Assembly: GCF_009914755.1 (NCBI RefSeq)
Contig: NC_060927.1
Reading direction: 5' to 3' (one strand)
DNA from: the human T2T-CHM13v2.0 reference genome, Homo sapiens
Length of the DNA: 64,000 nt
Part shown: positions 31,901 through 46,800 of the stretch, in pieces
How the letters are laid out: every line of letters starts with the position of its first letter
Numbering within the stretch: the first letter of the stretch is position 1
Made by a program: the position numbers and the translations under genes
Notes under the pieces: model-generated
Database searches by the model: none
The model's input: the letters and a program-made list of their open reading frames with translations, nothing else
Told to the model about the DNA's origin: nothing

Positions 31901-34900
31901 GGTATATATTCTATACTGTACAAAAAACATCAAAGTACCCAAAGCATGTATTATATACTGTACATAAAATATGAAAGTACATCAAATATATATTTTATTC
32001 TGTACATAAAATATCAAAGTACACCAGATATATATTCTATAGTGTACATAAAATATCAAAGTACCCAAACTATACATTATATACTGTACATAAAATATGA
32101 AATTACATCAAATATATATTATATTAGGTACATAAAATAAGAAAGTACATCAAATATAGATTATATACTGTACATAAAATATCAAAGTACCCCAAATATA
32201 TATTATATACTCTACATGAAATATCAAAGTTCACAAACTATATATTATATACTGTATATAAAATATCAAAGTACCCAAGGTATATATTCTATACTGTACA
32301 AAAAATATCAAAGTATCCAAAGCATGTTTTATATACTGTATATAAAATATGAAAGTACATTAAAGATATATTTTATTCTGTACATAAAATATCAAAATAC
32401 ACCAGACATATATTCTATAGTGTACATAAAATAACAAAGTACACAAATTATAAATTATATACTGTACATAAAATATGAAATTACATCAAATATATATTAG
32501 GTACATAAAATATGAAAGTACATCAAATATAGATTATATACTGTACATATAATATCAATGTACCCCAAATATATATTTTATACTCTACATGAAATATCAA
32601 ACTTCACAAACCATACATTATATACTGTACATAAAATATCAAAGTACCCAAGTTATATATTCTATACTGTACAAAAGATATCAAAGTACCCAAAGCATGT
32701 ATTATATACTGTATATAAAATATGAAAGTACATCAAATATATATTATATACTGTACATAAAATATCAAAGTACACCAGATATATATTTTATAGTGTACAT
32801 AAAATATCAAAGTACCCAAACTATACATTATATACTGTACATAAAATATGAGATTACATCAAATATATATTATATTAGGTACATAAAATATGAAAGTACA
32901 TCAGATATAGATTATATACTGTACATAAAATATCAAAGTACCCCAAATATATATTATATACTCTACATGAAATATCAAAGTTCACAAACTATATATTATA
33001 TACTGTACATAAAATATCAAAGTACCCAAGGTATATATTCTATACTGTACAAAAAATATCAAAATACCCAAAGCATGTATTATATACTGTATATAAAATA
33101 TGAAAATACATTAAATATATATTTTATTCTGTACATAAAATATCAAAGTACACCAGATATATATTCTATAGTGTACATAAAATAACAAAGTACACAAACT
33201 ATAAATTATATACTGTACGTAAAATATGAAATTACATCAAATATATATTAGGTACATAAAATATGAAAGTACATCAAATATAGATTATATACTGTACATA
33301 TAATATCAATGTACCCCAAATATATATTTTATACTCTACATGAAATATCAAAGTTCACAAACCATACATTATATACTTTCCATAAAATATCAAAGTACCC
33401 ATGGCATATATTCTATACTGTACAAAAGATATCAAAGTACCCAAAGCATGTATTATATACTGTACATAAAATATGAAAGTACATCAAATATATATTTTAT
33501 TCTGTACATAAAATATCAAAGTACACCAGATATATATTCTATAGTGTACATAAAATATCAAAGTACCCAAACTATATATTATATACTGTACATAAAATAT
33601 GAAATTACATCAAATATGTAGTATATTAGGTACATAAAATATGAAAGTACATCAAATATAGATTATATACCATACATAAAATATCAAAGTACCCCAAATA
33701 TATATTATATACTATACATGAAATATCAAATATCACAAACTATATATTATATACTGTACATAAAATATCAAAGTACCCAATGTATATATTCTATAGTGTA
33801 CAAAAAATATCAAAGTACCCAAAGCATGTATTATATACTGTACATAAAATATAAAAGTACATCAAATATATATTTTATTCTGTACATAAAATATGAAAGT
33901 ACACCAGATATATATTCTATAGTGTACATAAAATATCAAAGTACCCAAACTATACATTATATAGTGTACATAAAATATGAAATTACATCAAATATATATT
34001 ATATTAGGTACTTAAAATATGAAAGTACATCAAATATAGATTATATACTGTACATAAAATATCAAAGTACCCCAAATATATATTATATACTCTACATGAA
34101 ATATCAAAGTTCACAAACTATATATTATATACTGTACATAAAATATCAAAGTACCCAAGGTATATATTCTATACTGTACAAAAAATATCAAAGTATCCAA
34201 AGCATGTTTTATATACTGTATATAAAATATGAAAGTACATTAAAGATATATTTTATTCTGTACATAAAATATCAAAATACACCAGATATATATTCTATAG
34301 TGTACATAAAATAACAAAGTACAGAAACTATAAATTATATACTGTACATAAAATATGAAATTACATCAAATATATATTAGGTACATAAAATATGAAAGTA
34401 CATCAAATATAGATTATATACTGTACATATAATATCAATGTACCCCAAATATATATTTTATACTCTACATGAAATATCAAAGTTCACAAACCATACATTA
34501 TATACTGTACATAAAATATCAAAGTACCCAAGTTATATATTCTATACTGTACAAAAGATATCAAAGTACCCAAAGCATGTATTATATACTGTATATAAAA
34601 TATGAAAGTACATCAAATATATATTATATACTGTACATATAATATCAAAGTACACCAGATATATATTTTATAGTGTACATAAAATATCAAAGTACCCAAA
34701 CTATACATTATATACTGTACATAAAATATGAGATTACATCAAATATATATTATATTAGGTACATAAAATATGAAAGTACATCAGATATAGATTATATACT
34801 GTACATAAAATATCAAAGTACCCCAAATATATATTATATACTCTACATGAAATATCAAAGTTCACAAACTATATATTATATACTGTACATAAAATATCAA

Positions 34901-36893
34901 AGTACCCAAGGTATATATTCTATACTGTACAAAAAATATCAAAATACCCAAAGCATGTATTATATACTGTATATAAAATATGAAAGTACATCAAATATAT
35001 ATTTTATTCTGTACATAAAATATCAAAGTACACCAGATATATATTCTATAGTGTACATAAAATATCAAAGTACCCAAACTATACATTATATACTGTACAT
35101 AAAATATGAAATTACAGCAAATATATATTATATTAGGTACATAAAATATGAAAGTACATCAAATATAGATTATATACTGTACATTAAATACCAAAGTACC
35201 CCAAATATATATTTTATACTGTACATGAAATATCAAAGTTCACAAACTATATATTATATACTGTACATAAAATATCAATGTACCCAAGGTATATATTCTA
35301 TACTGCACAAAAAATATCAAAGTACCCAAAGCATGTATTATATACTGTATATAAAATATGAAAGTACATCAAATATGTATTTTATTCTGTACATAAAATA
35401 TCAAAGTACACCAGATATATATTCTATAGTGTACATAAAATATCAAAGTACCCAAACTATACATTATATACTGTACATAAAATATGAAATTACATCAAAT
35501 ATATATTATATTAGGTACATAAAATACGAAAGTACATCAAATATAGATTATATACTGTACATAAAATATCAAAGTACCCCAATATATATTATATACTGTA
35601 CATGAAATATCAAAGTTCACAAACTATATATTATGTACTGTACATAAAATATCAAAGTACCCAAGGTATATATTCTATACTGTACAAAAAATATCAAAGT
35701 ACCCAAAGCATGTATTATATAATGTACGTAAAATATGAAAGTACATCAAATATATATTTTATTCTGTACATAAAATATCAAAGAACACCAGATATATATT
35801 CTATAGTGTACATAAAATATCAAAGTACCCAAACTATACATTATATACTGTACATAAAATATGAAATTACATCATATATATATTAGGTACATAAAATATG
35901 AAAGTACATCAAATATATATTTTATTCTGTACATAAAATATCAAAGTACACCAGATATATATTCTATAGTGTACATAAAATAACAAAGTACACAAACTAT
36001 AAATTATATACTGTACATAAAATATGAAATTACATCAAATATATATTAGGTACATAAAATATGAAAGTACATCAAATATAGATTATATACTGTACATATA
36101 ATATCAATGTACCCGAAATATATATTTTATACTCTACATGAAATATCAAAGTTCACAAACCATATATTGTATACTGCACATAAAATATCAAAATACCCAA
36201 GGTATATATTCTATACTGTACAAAAAATATCAAAGTACCCAAAGCATGTATTATATACTGTACATAAAATATGAAAGTACATCAAATATATATTTTATTC
36301 TGTACATAAAATATCAAAGTACACCACATATATATTCTGTAGTGTACATAAAATATCAAAGTACCCAAACTATATATTACATACAGTACATAAAATATGA
36401 AATTACATCAAATATGTATTATAGTAGGTACATAAAATATGAAAGTACATCAAATATAGATTATATACCATACATAAAATATCAAAGTACCCCAAATATA
36501 TATTATATACTATACATGAAATATCAAATATCACAAACTATATATTATATACTGTACATAAAATATCAAAGTACCCAATGTATATATTCTATAGTGTACA
36601 AAAAATATCAAAGTACCCAAAGCATGTATTATATACTGTACATAAAATATAAAAGTACATCAAATATATATTTTATTCTGTACATAAAATATGAAAGTAC
36701 ACCAGATATATATTCTATAGTGTACATAAAATATCAAAGTACCCAAACTATACATTATATACTGTACATAAAATATGAAATTACATCAAATATATATTAT
36801 ATTAGGTACTTAAAATATGAAAGTACATCAAATATAGATTATATACTGTACATAAAATATCAAAGTACCACAAATATATATTATATACTGTAC

Positions 36894-37144
36894 ATGAAAT
36901 ATCAAAGTTCACAACTATATATTATATACTGTACATAAAATATCAAAGTCCCCAAGGTATATATTCTATACTGTACAAAAAATATCAAAGTACACAAAGC
37001 ATGTATTATATACTGTACATAAAATATGAAATTACATCAAATATATATTATATTAGGTACATAAAATATGAAAGTACATCAAATATAGATTATATACTGT
37101 ACATAAAATATCAAAGTACCCCAAATTTATATTATATACTATAC
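36894..37144 (+). repeat. 251-bp 6-monomer truncated HOR (ABC-GHI with a 1-bp deletion)
   Basis: A starts at 36894 and 37145, D-E-F are missing, and A reads gttcacaactat (1-bp deletion). Confidence 0.85.
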
Positions 37145-37522
37145 ATGAAATATCAAAGTTCACAAACTATATATTATATACTGTACATAAAATATCAAAG
37201 TACCCAAGGTATATATTCTATAGTGTACAAAAAATATCAAAGTACCCAAAGCATATATTATATACCGTACATAAAATATAAAATTACATCAAATATATAT
37301 TTTATTCTGTACATAAAATATCAAAGTACACCAGATATATATTCTATAGAGTACATAAAATATCAAAGTACCCAAACTATACATTACATACTGTACATAA
37401 AATATGAAATTACATCAAATATATATTATAATAGGTACATAAAATATGAAAGTACATCAAATATAGATTACATACTGTACATTAAATACGAAAGTACCCC
37501 AAATATATATTTTATACTGTAC

Positions 37523-37858
37523 ATGAAATATCAAAGTACCCAAGGTATATATTCTATACTGTACAAAAAATATCAAAGTACCCAAAGCATGTATTACAAA
37601 CTGTACATAAAATATGAAAGTCCATCAAATATATATTTTATTCTGTACATAGAATATCAAAGTACACCAGATATATATTCTATAGTGAACATAAAATATC
37701 AAAGTACCCAAACTATACATTATATACTGTACATAAAATATGAAATTACATCAAATATATATTATATTAGGTACATAAAATATGAAAGTACATCAAATAT
37801 AGATTATATACTGTACATTAAGTACCAAAGTACCCCAAATATATATTTTATACTGTAC
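37523..37858 (+). repeat. 336-bp 8-monomer HOR (A/B fusion monomer)
   Basis: atgaaatatcaaagtacccaaggtat joins the start of A to the body of B. The next A is at 37859 (336 = 8 x 42). Confidence 0.85.
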
Positions 37859-40800
37859 ATGAAATATCAAAGTTCACAAACTATATATTATATACTGTAC
37901 ATAAAATATGAAAGTACCCAAGGTATATACTCTATACTGTACAAAAAATATCAAAGTACCCAAAGCATGTATTATATACTGTACATAAAGTAAGAAAGTA
38001 CATCAAATATATATTTTATTCTGTACATAAAATATCAAGGTACACCAGATATATATTCTATAGTGTACATAAAATATCAAAGTACCCAAACTATAAATTA
38101 TATACTGTACATAAAATATGAAATTACATCAAATATATATTATATTAGGTACATAAAATATGAAAGTACATCAAATATAGATTATATACTCTACATTAAA
38201 TACCAAAGTACCCCAAATATATGTTTTATACTGTACATGAAATATCAAAGTTCACAAAGTATATATCATATACTGTACCTAAAATATCAAAGTACCCAAG
38301 GTATATATTCTATACTGTACAAAAGATATCAAAGTACCCAAAGCATGTATTATATACTGTACATAAAATATGAAAGTACATCATATACATATTTTATTCT
38401 GTACATAAAATATTAAAGTACGCCAGATATATATTCTATAGTGTACATAAAATATCAAAGTACCCAAACTATACATTATATACTGTACATAAAATATGAA
38501 ATTACATCAAATATATATTAAGTACATAAAATATGAAAGTACATCAAATATAGATTATATACTGTACATAAAATATCAATGTACACCAAATATATATTAT
38601 ATACTCTACATGAAATATCAAAGTTCACAAACTATATATTATATACTGTCCATAAAATATCAAAGTACCCAAGGTATATATTCTATACTGTACAAAAAAT
38701 ATCAAAGTAAACAAAGCATGTATTATATACTGTACCTAAAATATGAAAGTACATCAAATATATATTTTATTCTGTACCTAAAATATCAAAGTACACCAGA
38801 TATATATTCTATAGTGTATATAAAATATCAAAGTACCCAAACTATACATTATATACTGTACATAAAATATGAAATTACATCAAATATATATTATATTAGG
38901 TACATAAAATATGAAAGTACATGAAGTATAGATTATATACTGTACATAAAATATCAAAGTACCCCAAATTTATATTATATACTATACATGAAATATCAAA
39001 GTTCACAAACTATATATTATATACTGTACATAAAATATCAAAGTACCCAAGGTATATATTCTATAGTGTACAAAAAATATCAAAGTACGCAAAGCATGTA
39101 TTATATACCGTACATAAAATATGAAATTACATCAAATATATATTTTATTCTGTACATAAAATATCAAAGTACACCAGATATATATACTATAGTGTACATA
39201 AAATATCAAAGTACCCAAACTATACATTATACACTGCACATAAAATATGAAATTACATCAAATATATATTAGGTACATAAAATATGAAAGTACATCAAAT
39301 ATAGATTATATACTGTAAATATAATATCAATGTACCCCAAATATATATTTTATACTCTACATGAAATATCAAAGTTCACAAACCATATATTATATACTGT
39401 ACATAAAATATCAAAGTACCCAAGGTATATATTCTATAATGTACAAAAAATATCAAAGTACCCAAAGCATGTATTATATACTGTACATAAAATATGAAAG
39501 TACATCAAATATATATTTTATTCTGTACATAAAATATCAAAGTACACCAGATATATATTCTATAGTGTACATAAAATATCAAAGTACCCAAACTATACAT
39601 TATATACTGTACATAAAATATGAAATTACATCAAATATATATTATATTAGGTACATGAAATTTGAAAGTACATCAAATATAGATTATATACTGTACATTA
39701 AATACCAAGGTACCCCAAATATATATTTTATACTGTACATGAAATATCAAAGTTCACAAACTATATATTATATACTGTACATAAAATATCAATGTACCCA
39801 AGGTATATATTCTATACTGCACAAAAAATATCAAAGTACCCAAAGCATGTATTATATACTGTATATAAAATATGAAAGTACATCAAATATATATTTTATT
39901 CTGTACATAAAATATCAAAGTACACCAGATATATATTCTATAGTGTACATAAAATAACAAAGTACACAAACTATAAATTATATACTGTACATAAAATATG
40001 AAATTACATCAAATATATATTAGGCACATAAAATATGAAAGTACATCAAATATAGATTATATACTGTACATATAATATCAATGTACCCGAAATATATATT
40101 TTATACTCTACATGAAATATCAAAGTGCACAAACCATATATTGTATACTGCACATAAAATATCAAAATACCCAAGGTATATATTCTATACTGTACAAAAA
40201 ATATCAAAGTACCCAAAGCAGGTATTATATACTGTAAATAAAATATGAAAGTACATCAAATATATATTTTATTCTGTACATAAAATATCAAAGTACACCA
40301 GATATATATTCTATAGCGTACATAAAATATCAAAGTACACAAACTGTACATTATATACTGTATATAAAATATGAAATTAAATCAAATATATATTATATTA
40401 GGTACATAAAATATGAAAGTACATCAAATATAGATTATATACTGTACATTAAATACCAAAGTACCCCAAATATATATTTTATACTGTACATGAAATTTCA
40501 AAGTTCACAAACTATATATTATATACTGTACATAAAATATCAAAGTACCCAAGGTATATATTCTATAGTGTACAAAAAATATCAAAGTACCCAAAGCATG
40601 TATTATATACCGTACATAAAATATAAAATTACATCAAATATATATTTTATTCTGTACATAAAATATCAAAGTACACCAGATATATATACTATAGTGTACA
40701 TAAAATATCAAAGTACCCAAACTATACATTATACACTGTACATAAAATATGAAATTACATCAAATATATATTAGGTACATAAAATATGAAAGTACATCAA

Positions 40801-43800
40801 ATATAGATTATATACTGTAAATATAATATCAATGTACCCCAAATATATATTTTATACTCTATATGAAATATCAAAGTTCACAAACCATATATTATATACT
40901 GTACATAAAATATCAAAGTACCAAAGGTATATATTCTATACTGTACAAAAAATATCAAAGTACCCAAAGCATGTATTATATACTGTACATAAAATATGAA
41001 AGTACATCAAATATATATTTTATTCTGTACATAAAATATCAAAGTACACCAGATATATATTCTATAGTGTACATAAAATATCAAAGTACCCAAACTATAC
41101 ATTATATACTGTACATAAAATATGAAATTACATCAAATATATATTATATTAGGTACATGAAATATGAAAGTACATCAAATATAGATTATATACTGTACAT
41201 AAAATATGAAAGTACCCCAAATATATATTATATACTCTACATGAAATATCAAAGTTCACAAACTATATATTATATACTGTACATAAAATATCAAAGTACC
41301 CAAGGTATATATTCTATACTGTACAAAAAATATCAAAGTATCCAAAGCAGGTATTATATACTGTATATAAAATATGAAAGTACATCAAATATATATTTTA
41401 TTCTGTACATAAAATATCAAAGTACACCAGATATATATTCTATAGTGTACATAAAATATCAAGGTACCCAAACTATATATTATATACTGTACATAAAATA
41501 TGAAATTACAGCAAATATATATTATATTAGGTACATAAAATATGAAAGTACATCAAATATAGATTACATACTGTACATTAAATACCAAAGTACCCCAAAT
41601 ATATATTTTATACCGTACATGAAATATCAAAGTTCACAAACTATATATTATATACTGTACATAAAATATCAATGTACCCAAGGTATATATTCTATACTGC
41701 ACAAAAAATATCAAAGTACCCAAAGCATGTATTATATACTGTATATAAAATATGAAAGTACATCAAATATATATTTTATTCTGTACATAAAATAACAAAG
41801 TACACCAGATATATATTCTATAGTGTACATAAAATATCAAAGTACCCAAACTATACATTATATACTGTACATAAATATGAAATTACATCAAATATATATT
41901 ATATTAGGTACATAAAATATGAAAGTACATGAAGTATAGATTATATACTGTAGATAAAATATCAAAGTACCCCAAATTTATATTATATACTATACATGAA
42001 ATATCAAAGTTCACAAACTATATATTATATACTGTACATAAAATATCAAAGTACCCAAGGTATATATTCTATAGTGTACAAAAAATATCAAAGTACCCAA
42101 AGCATGTATTATATACCGTACATAAAATATAAAATTACATCAAATATATATTTTATTCTGTACATAAAATATCAAAGTACACCAGATATATATACTATAG
42201 TGTACATAAAATATCAAAGTACCCAAACTATACATTATACACTGTACATAAAATATGAAATTACATCAAATATATATTAGGTACATAAAATATGAAAGTA
42301 CATCAAATATAGATTATATACTGTAAATATAATATCAATGTACCCCAAATATATATTTTATACTCTACATGAAATATCAAAGTTCACAAACCATATATTA
42401 TATACTGTACATAAAATATCAAAGTACCCAAGGTATATATTCTATATTGTGCAAAAAATATCAAAGTACCCAAAGCATGTATTATATACTGTATATAAAA
42501 TATGAAAGTACATCAAATATATATTTTATTCTGTACATAAAATGTCAAAGTACACCAGATATATATTCTATAGTGTACATAAAATATCAAAGTACCCAAA
42601 CTATACATTATATACTGTACATAAAATATCAAATTACATCAAATATATATTAAGTACATAAAATATGAAAGTACATCAAATATAGATTATATAGTGTACA
42701 TAAAATATCAATGTACACCAAATATATATTATATACTCTACATGAAATATCAAAGTTCACAAACTATATATTATATACTGTCCATAAAATATCAAAGTAC
42801 CCAAGGTATATATTTTATACTGTACAAAAAATATCAAAGTACCCAAAGCATGTATTATATACTATACCTAAAATATGAAAGTACATCAATTATATATTTT
42901 ATTCTGTACATAAAATATCAAAGTACACCAGATATATATTCTACAGTGTATATAAAATATCAAAGTACCCAAACTATACATTATATACTGTACATAAAAT
43001 ATGAAATTACATCAAATATATATTATATTAGGTATATAAAATATGAAAGTACATGAAGTATAGATTATATACTGTACATAAAATATCAAAGTACCCCAAT
43101 ATATATTATATACTCTACATGAAATATCAAAGTTCACAAACTATATATTATATACTGTACATAAAATATCAAAGTACCCAAGGTATATATTCTATAGTGT
43201 ACAAAAAATATCAAAGTACCCAAAGCATGTATTATATACCGTACGTAAAATATAAAATTACATCAAATATATATTTTATTCTGTACATAAAATATCAAAG
43301 TACACCAGATATATATACTATAGTGTACATAAAATATCAAAGTACCCAAACTATACATTATACACTGCACATAAAATATGAAATTACATCAAATATATAT
43401 TAGGTACGTAAAATATGAAAGTACATCAAATATAGATTATATACTGTAAATATAATATCAATGTACCCCAAATATATATTTTATACTCTACATGAAATAT
43501 CAAAGTTCACAAACCATATATTATATACTGTAAATAAAATATCAAAGTACCCAAGGTATATATTCTATACTGTACAAAAAATATCAAAGTACCCAAAGCA
43601 TGTATTATATACTGTACATAAAATATGAAAGTACATCAAATATATATTTTATTCTGTACATAAAATATCAAAGTACACCAGATATATATTCTATAGTGTA
43701 CATAAAATAACAAAGTACACAAACTATAAATTATATCCTGTACATAAAATATGAAATTACATCAAATATATATTAGGTACATAAAATATGAAAGTACATC

Positions 43801-46800
43801 AAATATAGATTATATACTGTACATTAAGTACCAAAGTACACCAAATATATATTTTATTCTGTACATAAAATATCAAAGTACACCAGATATATATTCTATA
43901 GTGTACATAAAATATCAAAGTACCCAAACTATACATTATATACTGTACATAAAATATGAAATTACAGCAAATATATATTATATTAGGTAAATGAAATATG
44001 AAAGTACATCAAATATAGATTATATACTGTACATAAAATATGAAAGTACCCCAAATATATATTATATACTCTACATGAAATATCAAAGTTCACAAACTAT
44101 ATATTATATACTGTACATAAAATACCAAAGTACCCAAGGTATATATTCTATACTGTACAAAAAATATCAAAGTATCCAAAGCATGTATTATATACTGTAT
44201 ATAAAATATGAAAGTACATCAAATATATATTTTATTCTGTACATAAAATATCAAAGTACACCAGATATATATTCTATAGTGTACATAAAATATCAAAGTA
44301 CCCAAACTATACATTATATACTGTACATAAAATATGAAATTACAGCAAATATATATTATATTAGGTACATAAAATATGAAAGTACATCAAATATAGATTA
44401 TATACTCTACATTAAATACCAAAGTACCCCAAATATATATTTTATACTGTACATGAAATATCAAAGTTCACAAACTATATATTATATACTGTACATAAAA
44501 TATCAATGTACCCAAGGTATATATTCTATACTGCACAAAAAATATCAAAGTACCCAAAGCATGTATTATATACTGTATATAAAATAGGAAAGTACATCAA
44601 ATATATATTTTATTCTGTACATAAAATATCAAAGTACACCAGATATATATTCTATAGTGTACATAAAATATCAAAGTACCCAAACTATACATTATATACT
44701 GTACATAAAATATGAAATTACATCAAATACATATTATATTAGGTACATAAAATACGAAAGTACATCAAATATAGATTATATACTGTACATAAAATATGAA
44801 AGTACCCCAATATATATTATATACTCTACATGAAATATCAAAGTTCACAAACTATATATTATGTACTGTACATAAAATATCAAACTACCCAAGGTATATA
44901 TTCTATACTGTACAAAAAATATCAAAGTACCCAAAGCATGTATTATATAATGTACATAAAATATGAAAGTACATCAAATATATATTTTATTCTGTACATA
45001 AAATATCAAAGAACACCAGATATATATTCTATAGTGTACATAAAATATCAAAGTACCCAAACTATACATTATATACTGTACATAAAATATGAAATTACAT
45101 CAAATATATATTATATTAGGTACATAAAATATGAAAGTACATCAAATATAGATTATATACTGTAAATATAATATCAATGTACCCCAAATATATATTTTAT
45201 ACTCTACATGAAATATCAAAGTTCACAAACCATATATTATATACTGTACATAAAATATCAAAGTACCCAAGGTATATATTCTATACTGTACAAAAAATAT
45301 CAAAGTACCCAAAGCATGTATTATATACTATACCTAAAATATGAAAGTACATCAAATATATATTTTATTCTGTACATAAAATATCAAAGTACACCAGATA
45401 TATATTCTACAGTGTACATAAAATATCAAAGTACCCAAACTATACATTATATACTGTACATAAAATATGAAATTACATCAAATATATATTATATTAGGTA
45501 CATAAAATACGAAAGTACATCAAATATAGATTATATACTGTACATAAAATATCAAAGTACCCCAATATATATTATATACTGTACATGAAATATCAAAGTT
45601 CACAAACTATATATTATGTACTGTACATAAAATATCAAAGTACCCAAGGTATATATTCTATACTGTACAAAAAATATCAAAGTACCCAAAGCATGTATTA
45701 TATAATGTACATAAAATATGAAAGTACATCAAATATATATTTTATTCTGTACATAAAATATCAAAGTACACCAGATATATATTCTATAGCGTACATAAAA
45801 TATCAAAGTACACAAACTATACATTATATACTGTACATAAAATATGAAATTACATCAAATATATATTATATTAGGTAAATGAAATATGAAAGTACATCAA
45901 ATATAGATTATATACTGTACATAAAATATGAAAGTACCCCAAATATATATTATATACTCTACATGAAATATCAAAGTTTACAAACTATATATTATATACT
46001 GTACATAAAATATCAAAGTACCCAAGGTATATATTCTATACTGTACAAAAAATATCAAAGTATCCAAAGCATGTATTATATACTGTATATAAAATATGAA
46101 AGTACATCAAATATATATTTTATTCTGTACATAAAATATCAAAGTACACCAGATATATATTCTATAGCGTACATAAAATATCAAAGTACACAAACTATAC
46201 ATTATATACTGTACATAAAATATGAAATTACATCAAATATATATTATATTAGGTACATAAAATATGAAAGTACATCAAATATAGATTATATACTGTAAAT
46301 ATAATATCAATGTACCCCAAATATATATTTTATACTCTACATGAAATATCAAAGTTCACAAACCATATATTATATACTGTACATAAAATATCAAAGTACC
46401 CAAGGTATATATTCTATACTGTACAAAAAATATCAAAGTACCCAAAGCATGTATTATATACTGTACATAAAATATGAAAGTACATCAAATATATATTTTA
46501 TTCTGTACATAAAATATCAAAGTACACCAGATATATATTCTATAGTGTACATAAAATATCAAAGTACCCAAACTATACATTATATACTGTACATAAAATA
46601 TGAAATTACATCATATATATATTAGGTACATAAAATATGAAAGTACATCAAATATATATTTTATTCTGTACATAAAATATCAAAGTACACCAGATATATA
46701 TTCTATAGTGTACATAAAATAACAAAGTACACAAACTATAAAATATATACTGTACATAAAATATGAAATTACATCAAATATATATTAGGTACATAAAATA

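Larger units (their letters stand above)
31000..40500 (+). repeat. More diverged HSat1A sub-domain lacking the ~4.8-kb super-periodicity
   Basis: By eye it has a higher density of variants that are rare or absent in the flanks (taaagatata, acaaaagata, tcagatatag, aaatatcacaa, ccatacat, cccaatgtat, many singletons at 37.2-38.8 kb). It has no 583-bp units and contains the 6-mer and 8-mer units. Confidence 0.7.
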
